A DNA stretch of 64,000 nucleotides from an uncultured Chelatococcus sp. (GCA_937863995.1 CALMIK010000009.1:31577-95576), one strand, 5' to 3'. Positions 19,234 to 31,746 are shown, counted from the stretch's first letter. Notes: a model not told the origin generated them from the letters alone. A program made the numbers and translations.

Positions 19234-20685
19234 ATGGTTGCACTTCTGGACAAGCGCAAGTTCTACATCAACGGGGAATGGGTCGATCCCGCCGTCGCGA
19301 ACGACCTCGAAGTCATCGACCCGTCCACCGAGGAACCGATCGCCGTGATCAGCCTCGGCGCGCAGGCCGATACCGACCGCGCGGTCGCCGCCGCGAAGGC
19401 AGCCTTCCCGGCATGGTCGAAGACGCCGCCGGCCGAACGCCTCGCATACGTGGAAAAGATCCTCGAGATCTACAAGCGCCGCGCCGCCGAGATGGCGGAA
19501 GCCATGACCCTTGAGATGGGCGCGCCGCAGGACATGTCGCTGGCGTCGCAGACGGGCGCGGGCGCCTATCACATCGAAACCTTCATCACGGCATTCAAGG
19601 ACTTCGAGTTCATCCGGCCCCTCGGCCCGCATGCGCCCACCACCATGATCGCCTGGGAGCCCATCGGCGTGGTCGGCCTCATCACGCCGTGGAACTGGCC
19701 GATGAACCAGGTCACGTTGAAGGTGATCCCGGCACTGCTGGGCGGCAACACCTCGGTGCTGAAGCCGTCCGAAATCGCGCCGCTCTCCTCGTTGCTGTTC
19801 GTCGAGATCGCGCATGAAGCCGGGCTGCCGGCGGGCGTGCTCAACCTCGTCAACGGCGATGGCCCGGGTGTCGGCACGCAGCTGTCGACCCATCCCGATG
19901 TCGACATGATCAGCTTCACGGGCTCGGCCCGCGCCGGCATCGCGATCTCGAAGGCTGCCGCCGACACGCTGAAAAAGGTGGCACTGGAACTGGGCGGCAA
20001 GGGCGGCAACCTCGTCTTCGCCGACGCCGACGCCGATGCGGTCGCGCGCAGCACGCGCCACTGCTTCAACAACTCGGGCCAGTCGTGCAACGCGCCCACC
20101 CGCATGCTCGTCCAGCGCGACATCTACGAGCAGGCCGTCGAAACCGCGGCCCGCGTCGCCAACGAGACCGTCGTCGCGAGCGCCCATCTGCCGGGCAAGC
20201 ACATCGGCCCCGTGGTCAGCAAGCAGCAGTGGGACAAGATCCAGGGTCTCATCCAGAAGGGCATCGAGGAAGGCGCGCGCCTGGTCGCGGGCGGCCCCGG
20301 CCTGCCCGAAGGCGTGAACCGCGGCTATTTCGTGCGCCCCACCGTGTTCGCCGATGTCGACAACCAGATGACCGTCGCCCGGGAAGAGATCTTCGGCCCC
20401 GTCCTGTCGATCATTCCCTTCGACACGGAAGAGGAAGCCGTCGAGATCGCCAACGATACGGACTACGGCCTGACCAACTACGTCCAGACGGCGGACGGCG
20501 CCCGCCGCAATCGTCTCGCCCGCCAGTTGCGCGCGGGCATGATCGAGATGAACGGCGAGGCACGCGGCGCGGGCGCAGCCTTCGGCGGCGTCAAGGCTTC
20601 CGGCAGGGCGCGCGAAGGCGGCGTCATGGGCCTCGAGGAGTTCATGGATTCGAAGTCCATCTCGGGCTGGAGCCTCAAGGACTGA
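19234..20685 (+). CDS. Second aldehyde dehydrogenase (different subfamily)
   Basis: Contains ITPWNWP, SFTGS, ELGGK, NSGQSCNAPTRM and EEIFGPV. Start set at MVALLDK, with a GGAGG RBS. Confidence 0.9.
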   Translation: MVALLDKRKFYINGEWVDPAVANDLEVIDPSTEEPIAVISLGAQADTDRAVAAAKAAFPAWSKTPPAERLAYVEKILEIYKRRAAEMAEAMTLEMGAPQDMSLASQTGAGAYHIETFITAFKDFEFIRPLGPHAPTTMIAWEPIGVVGLITPWNWPMNQVTLKVIPALLGGNTSVLKPSEIAPLSSLLFVEIAHEAGLPAGVLNLVNGDGPGVGTQLSTHPDVDMISFTGSARAGIAISKAAADTLKKVALELGGKGGNLVFADADADAVARSTRHCFNNSGQSCNAPTRMLVQRDIYEQAVETAARVANETVVASAHLPGKHIGPVVSKQQWDKIQGLIQKGIEEGARLVAGGPGLPEGVNRGYFVRPTVFADVDNQMTVAREEIFGPVLSIIPFDTEEEAVEIANDTDYGLTNYVQTADGARRNRLARQLRAGMIEMNGEARGAGAAFGGVKASGRAREGGVMGLEEFMDSKSISGWSLKD

Positions 20686-20733
20686 TCCTGCGGCGGAAAA
20701 AGTCGCGGCAGAACAAGTCGTATCATGCAAAGC

Positions 20734-20763
20734 CCCTGCCCCGCGCAAAGCCGCGGGGCAGGG
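20734..20763. terminator. GC-rich hairpin, probable terminator
   Basis: 12-bp stem CCCTGCCCCGCG/CGCGGGGCAGGG downstream of the ALDH gene; no strong U tract. Confidence 0.5.
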
Positions 20764-20912
20764 AAAGTAACGGACGTGTGCGGCCATACAGCAGGCGCCG
20801 CATCATTTCACGAACTGCAATTTTGCAAGAAAAGCCCGCTCATCGCCGCACCGCCACAGGGTTGGCGGCTGTTTTCGCTTGTCGAAATTCGAGCGAATTC
20901 GCGCATGAACAA

Positions 20913-20922
20913 TGATGCATCA
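20913..20922. promoter_or_regulatory. Upstream operator-like palindrome
   Basis: TGATGCATCA shares the GATGCATC core with the site at 21028-21043. Confidence 0.45.
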
Positions 20923-21016
20923 AAAATTTCGTCAAAATTTGTGCACTGCGAGAATTATTGTGTCTTTTCTTTTTTATTCAAAGAATTAACAATTTCACCT
21001 GACTGCTATTAAATTA

Positions 21017-21045
21017 TTGACAGTCATTTAAGATGCATCTTAATG
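21017..21045 (+). promoter_or_regulatory. Sigma70-like promoter with overlapping 16-bp palindromic operator
   Basis: TTGACA at 21017-21022; perfect palindrome TTAAGATGCATCTTAA at 21028-21043 overlapping a CTTAAT -10 candidate. Confidence 0.7.
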
Positions 21046-21109
21046 TAATGCTCAATGAGCGGCGATGCATAACACCATACGGGACGTCGCTTACAAGGGA
21101 GAGATATCA

Positions 21110-22705
21110 ATGCGGAAAGTCGTCACCCGGCTGGTAACAGCCGCCTTTTTGGGATGCGCGTTCGTCACTGGCGCCGCCGTGGCGCAGGACAGCGCCACCC
21201 CCGCCGCGATCACCAAGGGCGGCACGCTGAACCTGATCGTGCAGCCCGAGCCGCCGATGCTTATCGTCGGCCTCAACACCCAGGGCCCCACGCTTTACGT
21301 GGCCGGACAGATCTATCAGAGCCTCCTGACCTACGACAAGGATCTGAAGCCGCTGCCGCAGCTCGCCAAGAGCTGGGAAGTCTCCCCCGATGGCCTCACC
21401 TACACCTTCAAGCTGCAGGACGGCGTCAAGTGGCACGACGGCAAGCCCTTCACGGCCAATGACGTGGTGTTCGCCGCCACCGAATTTCTCGTCAACGCTC
21501 ATCCGCGCTGGCGCCTGATCCGCGAAGCCTATGTCGAGAGCGTGACCGCGCCCGACGATCTGACCGTGGTGTTCAAGCTGAAGAAGCCTTTCTCGGCCTT
21601 CCTTTACGGCTTCGAGCTCAGCTCGTTCCCCATCATGCCGGCGCACATCTACAAGGGCACCGACTACCGCACCAATCCGGCCAATGCCACGCCCGTCGGC
21701 ACCGGCCCCTACAAGCTCAAGGAATGGCGGCGCGGCAGCTTCGTTCATCTCGTGCGCAACGAGGATTACTGGAAAAAAGATCAGCCTTATATCGATGATC
21801 TGTACTTCCGCGTGATTCCGGATGCGGCCTCGCGCGCCATCGCCTTCGAGCAGGGCACGGTCGACATGCTGCGCGGCGGCGATGTCGAGGGCTTCACCAT
21901 CAACAGCCTGTCCTCGCAGCCGGGTATCCAGACCACCACCGCCGGCTGGGAATACTTCTCGCCGCAGATGTTCCTGCAGCCGAACCTGCGTCTTGAGGTC
22001 TTCAAGAACAAGAACGTCCGCAAGGCGATGTATCACGCGCTCGACCGCGACTTCATCGTGAACGCGATCTTCTTCGGCCAGGGCAAGCCGTCCACCGGTC
22101 CCTTCGCGGAAAGCATGCTGTTCCACGATCCCAACATCCAGCAGTATCCGTTCGATATGGACCTGGCGAAGAAGCTGATTGCCGAATCGGGCGTCGATCT
22201 CTCCAAGCATCCGATCCGTCTGCTGGGCCTGCCCTATGGTTCGAGCTGGGACCGCCTCACCGAATACGTGAAGCAGCAGCTTGAGGAACTTGGCTTCGTC
22301 GTCAGCATCCAGGCTGTGGACGCGGGCGGCTGGCTGCAGAGCATCGGCAAGTTCGATTTCGACCTCGCCTTCAGCTTCCTGTACCAGTTCGGCCACCCGG
22401 CGCAGGGCGTGTCGCGCATCTACTACAGCGACAACCAGGTGCAGGGCACCCACGCGGGCAACAACGGCGGCTTCGAGAACGCGGAAGTCGACGCGCTGTT
22501 CCGCAAGGCCGCCGATGCGCTGACCGACGCCGAAGCCGCGGCTGCCTACACCAAGGTGCAGCAGGTTCTGGCCGAGGAAGTGCCGATCCTGTGGATCTTC
22601 GACATGAAGAACACCACCATCTACCGCGACAAGGTGAAGAACCCGGTTCGGACCGCCATCGGCTTGAACGAACCGATGGACGACGTCTGGCTGTCCAAGA
22701 AGTAA
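21110..22705 (+). CDS. Dpp/Opp-family (family 5) ABC substrate-binding protein
   Basis: Signal peptide ending AVAQ; LAKSWEVSPDGLTYTFKL, KWHDGKPFTANDV and PVGTGPY. Confidence 0.92.
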   Translation: MRKVVTRLVTAAFLGCAFVTGAAVAQDSATPAAITKGGTLNLIVQPEPPMLIVGLNTQGPTLYVAGQIYQSLLTYDKDLKPLPQLAKSWEVSPDGLTYTFKLQDGVKWHDGKPFTANDVVFAATEFLVNAHPRWRLIREAYVESVTAPDDLTVVFKLKKPFSAFLYGFELSSFPIMPAHIYKGTDYRTNPANATPVGTGPYKLKEWRRGSFVHLVRNEDYWKKDQPYIDDLYFRVIPDAASRAIAFEQGTVDMLRGGDVEGFTINSLSSQPGIQTTTAGWEYFSPQMFLQPNLRLEVFKNKNVRKAMYHALDRDFIVNAIFFGQGKPSTGPFAESMLFHDPNIQQYPFDMDLAKKLIAESGVDLSKHPIRLLGLPYGSSWDRLTEYVKQQLEELGFVVSIQAVDAGGWLQSIGKFDFDLAFSFLYQFGHPAQGVSRIYYSDNQVQGTHAGNNGGFENAEVDALFRKAADALTDAEAAAAYTKVQQVLAEEVPILWIFDMKNTTIYRDKVKNPVRTAIGLNEPMDDVWLSKK

Positions 22706-22720
22706 TCCGGCTGGCGACAA

Positions 22721-22743
22721 CCCCGGAAGCTCTGCTTCCGGGG
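22721..22743 (+). terminator. Intergenic hairpin after the SBP gene
   Basis: 10-bp stem CCCCGGAAGC/GCTTCCGGGG followed by a pyrimidine tract. Confidence 0.55.
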
Positions 22744-22810
22744 CCTTCTTCCCGATTTCGAATCAAGACTATCCCATTCAAGTCCAAGCGTAGTATGGAG
22801 CCGAGATCCT

Positions 22811-23779
22811 ATGCTGAACTTCACCTTGCAACGGATCGGCAAGGCGTTCGTGGTGATCGTAGGTGTGATCATCCTGAACTTCCTTCTGATCAAGCTTGCA
22901 CCGGGCGATCCGGCGGCAATTCTTGCCGGCGAGGCAGGTTCCGGCGACCCTCAGTTCGTTGAAAACCTCCGGCGTCAGTTCGGTCTGGACCAGCCGGTGC
23001 CCGTGCAGCTCTGGAACTATCTCTCCGGCGTGCTGACGGGGGACCTGGGCTTTTCCTATCGCAACCAGGTTCCTGTTCTCGACCTCATCCTGCAACGCCT
23101 GCCCGCGACCTTGCTGCTGACGGGCGCCGCCTTCGTCTTTTCGCTGGCCACGGGCATGCTGTTCGGCGTGCTGGCTGCCCGCCATCGCGGCACCGTTCTG
23201 GACAGCATGATCACCACTCTCGCGCTGATCTTCTACGCGACACCGCTGTTCTGGATCGCGCTGATGTCGGTGCTGCTGTTCTCGATCAACCTCGGCTGGC
23301 TTCCGCCCTTCGACATGGAGACCATCGGCGCGGGCTACACCGGCTGGCGGCGCGTGCTCGACATCGCCCACCACCTGATACTGCCCACCGTGACGCTGGG
23401 GCTGTTCTACACCGCCATCTACACCCGCCTGACCCGCGCCTCGATGCTCGAAGTCATGGGTCTCGATTTCGTCAAGACAGCGCGCGCCAAGGGCGTGCCG
23501 GGCCAGCGCATCATCCGCCGCCACGTGCTGCGCAACGCTGTCCTGCCGGTCTTCACCTTCGCCAGCATGCAAGCCGGCCAACTCGTGGGCGGCGCGATCC
23601 TCACCGAAACCGTCTTCGCCTGGCCCGGCATCGGCCGGCTGATGTTCGATGCCCTGATGCAGCGCGACTATCCGGTGCTTCTGGGGGTGTTTCTGATTAC
23701 CGCCATCGTCGTGGTCGTGGTCAATTTCATCACCGATCTGCTTTATCGCGTCGTCGACCCGCGCATCGGCATCTCCTGA
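22811..23779 (+). CDS. Dpp/Opp ABC permease (DppB-like)
   Basis: Contains APGDPA, FGLDQP and the EAA-loop TARAKG...HVLRNA. Confidence 0.92.
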   Translation: MLNFTLQRIGKAFVVIVGVIILNFLLIKLAPGDPAAILAGEAGSGDPQFVENLRRQFGLDQPVPVQLWNYLSGVLTGDLGFSYRNQVPVLDLILQRLPATLLLTGAAFVFSLATGMLFGVLAARHRGTVLDSMITTLALIFYATPLFWIALMSVLLFSINLGWLPPFDMETIGAGYTGWRRVLDIAHHLILPTVTLGLFYTAIYTRLTRASMLEVMGLDFVKTARAKGVPGQRIIRRHVLRNAVLPVFTFASMQAGQLVGGAILTETVFAWPGIGRLMFDALMQRDYPVLLGVFLITAIVVVVVNFITDLLYRVVDPRIGIS

Positions 23780-23788
23780 GGTCAGAGC

Positions 23789-24621
23789 ATGCAGTTCATC
23801 AAACGCTTCTCACAAAACTACGGTGCCGTTCTCGGGCTGATCATTCTGGCAGCCATCGTGTTCCTCGCCGTCGCCGCGCCGCTGCTCTATCCCGGCAATC
23901 CGTGGAAGACCGTGGGCATGCCGCTGCTGCGCCCGCTGCAGGACGCCAAGTTCCTGCTCGGCACCGACATGCTGGGCCGCGACATCGCCGCCGGCATCGC
24001 CCACGGCGCCAAGGTCTCGCTCCTGATCGGCGTGGTCTCGACGCTGGTCGCGGTGCTGATCGGGGTGACGATCGGCGCGGTCGCCGGCTTCTATGGCGGG
24101 CGCGTCGACGACATCCTGATGCGCTTCACCGAGTTCTTCCAGATCATCCCGACCTTCGCCATGGCGGTGGTGCTGGTGGCGATCTTCAGCCCGAACTTCA
24201 TCTCGATCACGCTCGCTATCGCGGTCGTCTCGTGGCCCAGCGTGGCGCGCCTCGTGCGGGCTGAGTTCCTGTCGCTGCGCCAGCGCGAATTCGTGCAGGC
24301 CGCCGTGGTTATCGGCCAGAGCGGGCCGCGCATCATCCTCACCCAGATCCTGCCGAACGCGGTTTCCCCGATCATCGTCACCGCCTCGCTGATGGTGGCG
24401 ACGGCGATCCTGACCGAAAGCGCCCTGTCGTTCCTGGGCCTCGGCGACCGCAACATGATGAGCTGGGGCTTCATGATCGGCGCGGCGCGCACCATGCTGC
24501 GCGAAGCGTGGTGGATGAGCTTCTTCCCCGGCTTTGCAATCCTGCTCGCGGTGCTGGCGATCAACCTGATCGGCGAAGGCATCAACGACGTGATGAACCC
24601 CCACCTGCGCGGGAGGAAGCA

Positions 24622-24625
<4 letters not shown>
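23789..24625 (+). CDS. Dpp/Opp ABC permease (DppC-like)
   Basis: Contains LGTDMLGRDI, REFVQAA...G and ILPNA. Confidence 0.92.
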
Positions 24626-26285
<1,660 letters not shown>

Positions 26286-26286
<1 letters not shown>

Positions 26287-27995
26287 TGTCCGCAACCGAT
26301 ATTGCTCCGACGGAAGACCATGGCGGAGAAATCCTTGTAAGGCAGCTTGCACTGCACGGGGTCGATACCGTCTTCATGGTTCCGGGCGAGAGCTTCCTGC
26401 CCTGCATCGACGCGCTCGGCGAGCGCCGGGACACGATCCGCACGGTCCCCTTCCGTCAGGAAGGCGGCGCCGCCTATGCCGCCGAGGCATATGGCAAGCT
26501 CACCGGCAAGCCCGGCGTGTGTTTCGTGACGCGCGGGCCGGGCGCTACCAACGCTTCCATCGGCCTGCATGTCGCCCATCAGGACGGCACGCCGCTGATC
26601 CTGTTCGTCGGCCAGATCGGCTCGGATACCACGGAGCGCGCCTGCTTCCAGGAAATCGACTACCGCCAGATGTTCGGCCCGGTGACGAAATGGGTCGCGC
26701 AGATCGACCGGACCGACCGCATCCCGGAATTCGTCGCCCGCGCCTTCGCCATCAGCCGCAGCGGCCGCCCCGGCCCGGTCGTTCTGGCGCTTCCTGAAGA
26801 CACGCTCTGGGGCCGCGCCGCGGTGGCGGACGTGCAGCCGTTCGAACGCCCGCATCCCCGCCCCGCCGCAAGCGACATGGCGGCGCTGGCCGCCCTGCTG
26901 CAGAAGGCGCAGCGTCCCTTCGTCATCGCGGGCGGAACCGGCTGGACCGACGAGGCGCGCGCGAACCTCGCGGCCTTCGCTGAACGCTTCGACCTGCCGG
27001 TCGGCGTGTCGTGGCGCCGGCAGGAGGTTTTCGACAACCGCCACCCGCACTTTGCCGGCCACATCGGCTATGGCGTCGACCGGGCGCTGGCGCAGCGCAT
27101 CACGGATTCGGATCTGCTGATCTCGGTCTGCTCGCGTCTCGACGAGCCGACGACCGAGGGCTACAAGCTGGTTGAGAGCCCGCTGCCGCGCCAGACGCTG
27201 GTGCACATCCATCCCGACAGCAACGAGCTCGGCCATGTCTATCGTCCGGCGCTGGCGATCAACGCCGATCCGGTGGGCGCGGCGGCCGCGCTTGCCGAGT
27301 TGCAGCCCGCCGGCGCGCTAAACTGGTCCGGCCTGGCGAAATCGGCCAACGACGACTACCGGCAATCGCGCCAGCCTCATCCGACCACCTCGGCCTTCGA
27401 TCTGGCGCAAGCCTGCCTGCACATGGCCGAGGTGCTGCCCGAGGATGTGTTCGTGTCGGTGGGCGCGGGCAACTTCGCGCTGTTCCCGCACCAGTTCCTG
27501 CAGTTCTCGCACCTGGGCACGCAGGCGTCTCCCATCTGCGGCTCGATGGGCTATGGCCTGCCGGCCGCCATCGCCGCGAAGCTCGCCTTCCCCGCGCGCG
27601 AGGCCATCGCCTTCGCCGGCGACGGCTGCTACCAGATGACGATGCAGGAGTTCGGCACCGCCAGCCAGCACCGTCTGGGGATCGTGGTTCTGGTGTGCAA
27701 CAACCGCGCCTGGGGCACGATCAAGGCGCATCAGGAGCGCGAATACCCCGCGCGCGCCTTCGCGCTGGAGCTTGAAAACCCCGATTTCGCGGCCATCGCC
27801 CGAGCCTATGGCTCCCACGGCGAGGTGGTCGAGAAGACGGAGGACTTCGCCGCCGCCTTCGCCCGCGCCCGCGCCTTCGCCCGCGAGCAGCAGCGCCCGG
27901 CCCTGCTCGAGCTGCGCTACGACGTGGAATACATCACGCCCGACACCCGCCTGAGCCAGATCACCGAAAGATCGCTGGCCAAGGCTGCAAAGTAA
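26286..27995 (+). CDS. Thiamine-diphosphate-dependent enzyme (acetolactate synthase-like superfamily)
   Basis: Contains VPGESFL, RQEGGA, TRGPGATN and the ThDP motif GDG...NN. The start overlaps the upstream TAA. Confidence 0.88.
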
Positions 27996-28017
27996 CCGCT
28001 TGTAAGGAGCCCGCACC

Positions 28018-29067
28018 ATGCGCGCCTTTTATCATCCCGATCAGGCAATCCATAATCCGCTGCAGTTCATGCGGTACGGACGCATCTGCGACGCGACCGA
28101 CGTGCCCGCGCGCACCGAAGAGCTGCTGAAGGCGTTGGCGCGGCTTGGCGTAACGCCCGAGGAGCCCGAGGACTACGGCCGCGCGCCGGCCGAGGCCGTG
28201 CACGCCACGCATTATCTCGACTATCTGGAAACCGCCTATCAGCGCTGGATTCAGCTGCCGGAGCACGGCCCCGAGGTTCTGCCGAACACCTTCCCCTACT
28301 GGAACGGCGATCCCTCGCGCGACTCGCGCCCGCCCTGCCCCACCGATCAGCTTCTCGCTCAGACAGGCTACTATCTGGGCGATCTGGCGGTGCCGATCGG
28401 CGAGCACACGTGGCTCTCGGTGCTGCGCTCCAGCCACACCGCCAGCGCCGGCGCGGATGCGCTGCTGGCGGGTGAGCGCCTCGCCTACGCGCTGTGCCGC
28501 CCCTCGGGCCACCACTGCCGCGTCGACCGCGCGACGGGCTTTTGCTACATGAACAATTCCGCCATCGCCGCGCAGCGCCTGCGCGGCAAGTACGGCAAGG
28601 TCGCGGTCCTCGACATCGACGCCCACCACGGCGACGGCACGCAGCAGATCTTCTATCGCCGGAACGATGTCCTGACGGTCTCGGTGCATGTCGACCCCGA
28701 CCACTACAACCCGTTCTTCACCGGGCGCGTCGATGAAACCGGACACGGCGACGGCGTGGGCTTCAACCTGAACATCCCGCTTGCGCCGCACACCGGCAAC
28801 GACGCTTTCCTCGCGGGCGTGCGCAGCGGCGTCGAGGCGGTTCGGGCCTATGGCGCCGAAGCCCTCGTGCTGGCGCTCGGCTACGACACCCACATCGAAG
28901 ACCCGCTCAGCATCGTCGAAGTCACGACCGAAGCCTTCAGCCAGGCCGGCACACTGGTCGGCAGTCTTGATCTTCCCGTACTTGTTGTGCAGGAAGGCGG
29001 CTATCAGGTATCGGTTATTGGCGATTGTCTTGAGGGTTTTCTTCGGAGCCTGCAAACTCGTGCTTGA
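28018..29067 (+). CDS. HDAC-fold amidohydrolase (acetylpolyamine amidohydrolase-like)
   Basis: Contains RPSGHH, GFCYMNN, LDIDAHHGDGTQ, LGYD and QEGGY. Confidence 0.88.
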   Translation: MRAFYHPDQAIHNPLQFMRYGRICDATDVPARTEELLKALARLGVTPEEPEDYGRAPAEAVHATHYLDYLETAYQRWIQLPEHGPEVLPNTFPYWNGDPSRDSRPPCPTDQLLAQTGYYLGDLAVPIGEHTWLSVLRSSHTASAGADALLAGERLAYALCRPSGHHCRVDRATGFCYMNNSAIAAQRLRGKYGKVAVLDIDAHHGDGTQQIFYRRNDVLTVSVHVDPDHYNPFFTGRVDETGHGDGVGFNLNIPLAPHTGNDAFLAGVRSGVEAVRAYGAEALVLALGYDTHIEDPLSIVEVTTEAFSQAGTLVGSLDLPVLVVQEGGYQVSVIGDCLEGFLRSLQTRA

Positions 29068-29107
29068 AACATTGAGAAGGATGGGGGCCTCCGGATTGAA
29101 AGAAAGC

Positions 29108-29812
29108 ATGGGCGACAAGACCAGCCTTGCCGAGGAGGTCTATGACCGGCTTGCCTACGATCTGATGACGGGGGCGCTTCCTCCGGGCACCCGGCTGAAG
29201 ATCCGGGATCTCGCGGACAAGATGGGGGTCAGCGTGACCCCCATCCGGGACGCGGTTCTGCGGCTGGTCAACAACGGCGGCCTGCTGTTCCAGAGCCCCC
29301 GCGACATCCGCGTGCCCTTGCTGGAGCGCTCGCGTTACCTCGAGATCCGCACGATCCGCATCGAGCTGGAGGGCCTCGCCGCCGAACGCGCGGCGCAGTT
29401 CGCCGACTCGGACGACATCGCTTATCTGGAAAGCATCCTCGCCGAAAACGAAGAAGCGATGGCGGCGAGGGATCATCTGCGCGCGCTGCGGACGAACCAG
29501 AAGTTCCATCTCGCGCTGCCGGAAATCGCCGACATGGCCACGTTGCGCAGCCTGCTCGAAAACCTGTGGCTGCAGATGGGGCCGCTGATCTCGTCGGGCT
29601 ACGACGCAGGCGGACGCGTGATGATCGACCATCACTACACCATTCTGGAGGCGATCCGCATGGCCGACGGCGCGGCCGCGCGCGCGGCGATCCGCAACGA
29701 CATCATGATCGGCGGCGAGGTGCTTCTGCTGCGCGGCGCGCTCGCCGGCGAACTGGGGCGGGGAACCGGCCTCGCGGCGGCAAAGCGCCCCTCTCCGTTG
29801 CTGGCCAAATAG
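29108..29812 (+). CDS. GntR-family (FCD) regulator
   Basis: Contains LPPGTRLKIRDLADKMGVSVTPIRDAV plus an FCD region (NQKFH...DHHYTI). Confidence 0.9.
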   Translation: MGDKTSLAEEVYDRLAYDLMTGALPPGTRLKIRDLADKMGVSVTPIRDAVLRLVNNGGLLFQSPRDIRVPLLERSRYLEIRTIRIELEGLAAERAAQFADSDDIAYLESILAENEEAMAARDHLRALRTNQKFHLALPEIADMATLRSLLENLWLQMGPLISSGYDAGGRVMIDHHYTILEAIRMADGAAARAAIRNDIMIGGEVLLLRGALAGELGRGTGLAAAKRPSPLLAK

Positions 29813-29825
29813 CTGGCCAAATAGC
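29800..29825. repeat. 12-bp tandem duplication across the gntR stop codon
   Basis: GCTGGCCAAATA at 29800-29811 and 29812-29823. Confidence 0.9.
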
Positions 29826-29850
29826 CCGCCTGCCGCTGACGAAGCCGGCG

Positions 29851-30678
29851 TCAGCCGTTCCCGGTTGCTTCGGCGATCTCCAGCGAGCGCTGGACGAGGG
29901 CGCGCAGTTCGCCGCCGATCCCGCTCGCGCAACCGAGCACCGGGCCACCGGCGAGAAGCTCCGCGCCTGTTGACGGGAACGGAGCCGTCCATCCGCCCGC
30001 CTCGCGGATCATGAGCAGCCCGGCCACGCAATCCCACGCATTCATGTGCGCCTCGTAGTAGCCGGCAAGCCGGCCGCTCGCGACTTCCGCCAGCATGAGC
30101 GCGCCGGAACCATTGCGCACGAACATTCCGCCGGCTTCGAGCAGCAGCCGGACAAAGGCCGCGATGCGCTCCGCCGGCACGCGGAAGTTGGCGCCAACAC
30201 CGATGAGGCCGGTGTCGATGCCGGCAGTAGCGTCGACACGCATCGGCTCGCCGTTCAGGAAGGCGCCGCCGTTGCGGCGCGCCACGAAGAGATCGCCCGT
30301 CGTCGGCCTGTGGATCAGGCCCAGAACCGTCTCGTCGCCGTCCATCACCCCGATGGAAATGCACCACTGGTCCAGCCCGTGCACGAAGCAGCTCGTGCCG
30401 TCGATGGGATCGACCACCCACAGGAAGCCCGACGAGCCGGCGGCAAGCCCCTGTTCCTCGCCGAGAATGCCGTCGCCCGGAAACGCCGCGCCGACACGCG
30501 CGCGGATCAGTTCCTCCACCGTCCTGTCGGCCTCGCTGACGATGTCCTGCCCGCTCAGCTTGGCCTCGGTTTGCAGCGACGAACGGTCGGCATAGTAGGC
30601 AAGCGCCTTCCGGCCGGCTTCGAGAACGATGTCCCTCGAGAGGACAAATCGCGGATCGTCGGCAAATTCGTTGCTCAT
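29851..30678 (-). CDS. Inositol monophosphatase family protein
   Basis: Contains ILGEE, WVVDPIDGT and AWDCVAG. Start set at MSNEF. Confidence 0.9.
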   Translation of the reverse strand: MSNEFADDPRFVLSRDIVLEAGRKALAYYADRSSLQTEAKLSGQDIVSEADRTVEELIRARVGAAFPGDGILGEEQGLAAGSSGFLWVVDPIDGTSCFVHGLDQWCISIGVMDGDETVLGLIHRPTTGDLFVARRNGGAFLNGEPMRVDATAGIDTGLIGVGANFRVPAERIAAFVRLLLEAGGMFVRNGSGALMLAEVASGRLAGYYEAHMNAWDCVAGLLMIREAGGWTAPFPSTGAELLAGGPVLGCASGIGGELRALVQRSLEIAEATGNG

Positions 30679-30707
30679 GATTTCCTTTGAGACAGTTGGG
30701 AGCGGCA

Positions 30708-31736
30708 TCAGGCGGGCGTGAAGCTGCGGCGCACGATGAAATCCGGAATGACGCGCTCGAAAGCAGGCGGCATGTCGGGATCGGCGAGCCGGCGGCCGAT
30801 CAGCTCGACCGCGCGCCCGGCCATGATGGCGGGGTCCTGACGGAAGGTCGTCAGCATGTAGCTGAGCCACGCGGCCTCCGGCACATCGTCGAAGCCGATG
30901 ATGGCGACGTCGCGGGGCACGCTGAGCCCGAGCTCGGCACGCACGACATCCATCACGCCGAAGGCAATCTGGTCGTTGGCGCAGAACACGCCCTCGGGCC
31001 GCTCGCCACCGGCGAACAGCGCGCGCGCCGCGACGAGCCCGCCGCCATAATCGGAATCGGCGCCGCGTCCGATCGTGACGCTTGCGCCGAGATGTTCAGC
31101 CTCCGCCTGGAAGGCCGCCTCGCGCTCGCGGATGCTGGGCGTCGCCGACTCCGATCCCGCGACCGCGAGCCGCAGGCGGCCGCCGCGCACGAATGCCGCC
31201 GCCGCCTTGCGCGACGCCTCCGAATTGCCGACGCGCACGTGGTCGGCCCCCGGTTCCGAACGGCCGATAACGACGAGCGGCTGGCCGTTGCGGCGGGCGA
31301 GATCGAAAAAACTCTCGGGCGGCGAACCTGAAAGGATGATCGTCGCGGCGGCGCGGTGGCCGATGAGCGTGCGCTGGGCCGCCAGCAGTTCCTGTTCCGT
31401 CTGGCCGGTGTTGATGAGCACCGGAACATTGCCCCGGGCGATGAGCGCCTTGGAGAGCGCCGCCGCCAGATGAGCGCGAAAGCCGACTTCCGGCTTCGTC
31501 GCCACGATACCGACCAGCCGGCTCTGGTTCGCGAGCACGCCGCGCGCCAGATCGTTCACGTGGTAGCCCAACTCGTGCGCCACCTCCAGCACCCGCTCGC
31601 GGGTCGCGGGCGAAACGCTTGCGCCGGGGGTGAAGGTGCGCGAGACGGCGGACCGGGAAACGCCGGCCCGCTGCGCCACCTGCTCGGCGCTGACGAAACG
31701 CATGCGCTGCTGCGGCTTGCCGTCTTCATCGCCCAT
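30708..31736 (-). CDS. LacI-family regulator
   Basis: Contains VAQRAGVSRSAVSRTF, FCANDQIA and IIGFDD. Confidence 0.92.
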   Translation of the reverse strand: MGDEDGKPQQRMRFVSAEQVAQRAGVSRSAVSRTFTPGASVSPATRERVLEVAHELGYHVNDLARGVLANQSRLVGIVATKPEVGFRAHLAAALSKALIARGNVPVLINTGQTEQELLAAQRTLIGHRAAATIILSGSPPESFFDLARRNGQPLVVIGRSEPGADHVRVGNSEASRKAAAAFVRGGRLRLAVAGSESATPSIREREAAFQAEAEHLGASVTIGRGADSDYGGGLVAARALFAGGERPEGVFCANDQIAFGVMDVVRAELGLSVPRDVAIIGFDDVPEAAWLSYMLTTFRQDPAIMAGRAVELIGRRLADPDMPPAFERVIPDFIVRRSFTPA

Positions 31737-31746
31737 GACCGTCTCC

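Noticed and set aside
18112-20685. 857-aa ORF suggesting a fused ALDH
   Set aside because: The first 374 codons are an off-frame read of the upstream ALDH and the intergenic region. The real start is 19234.
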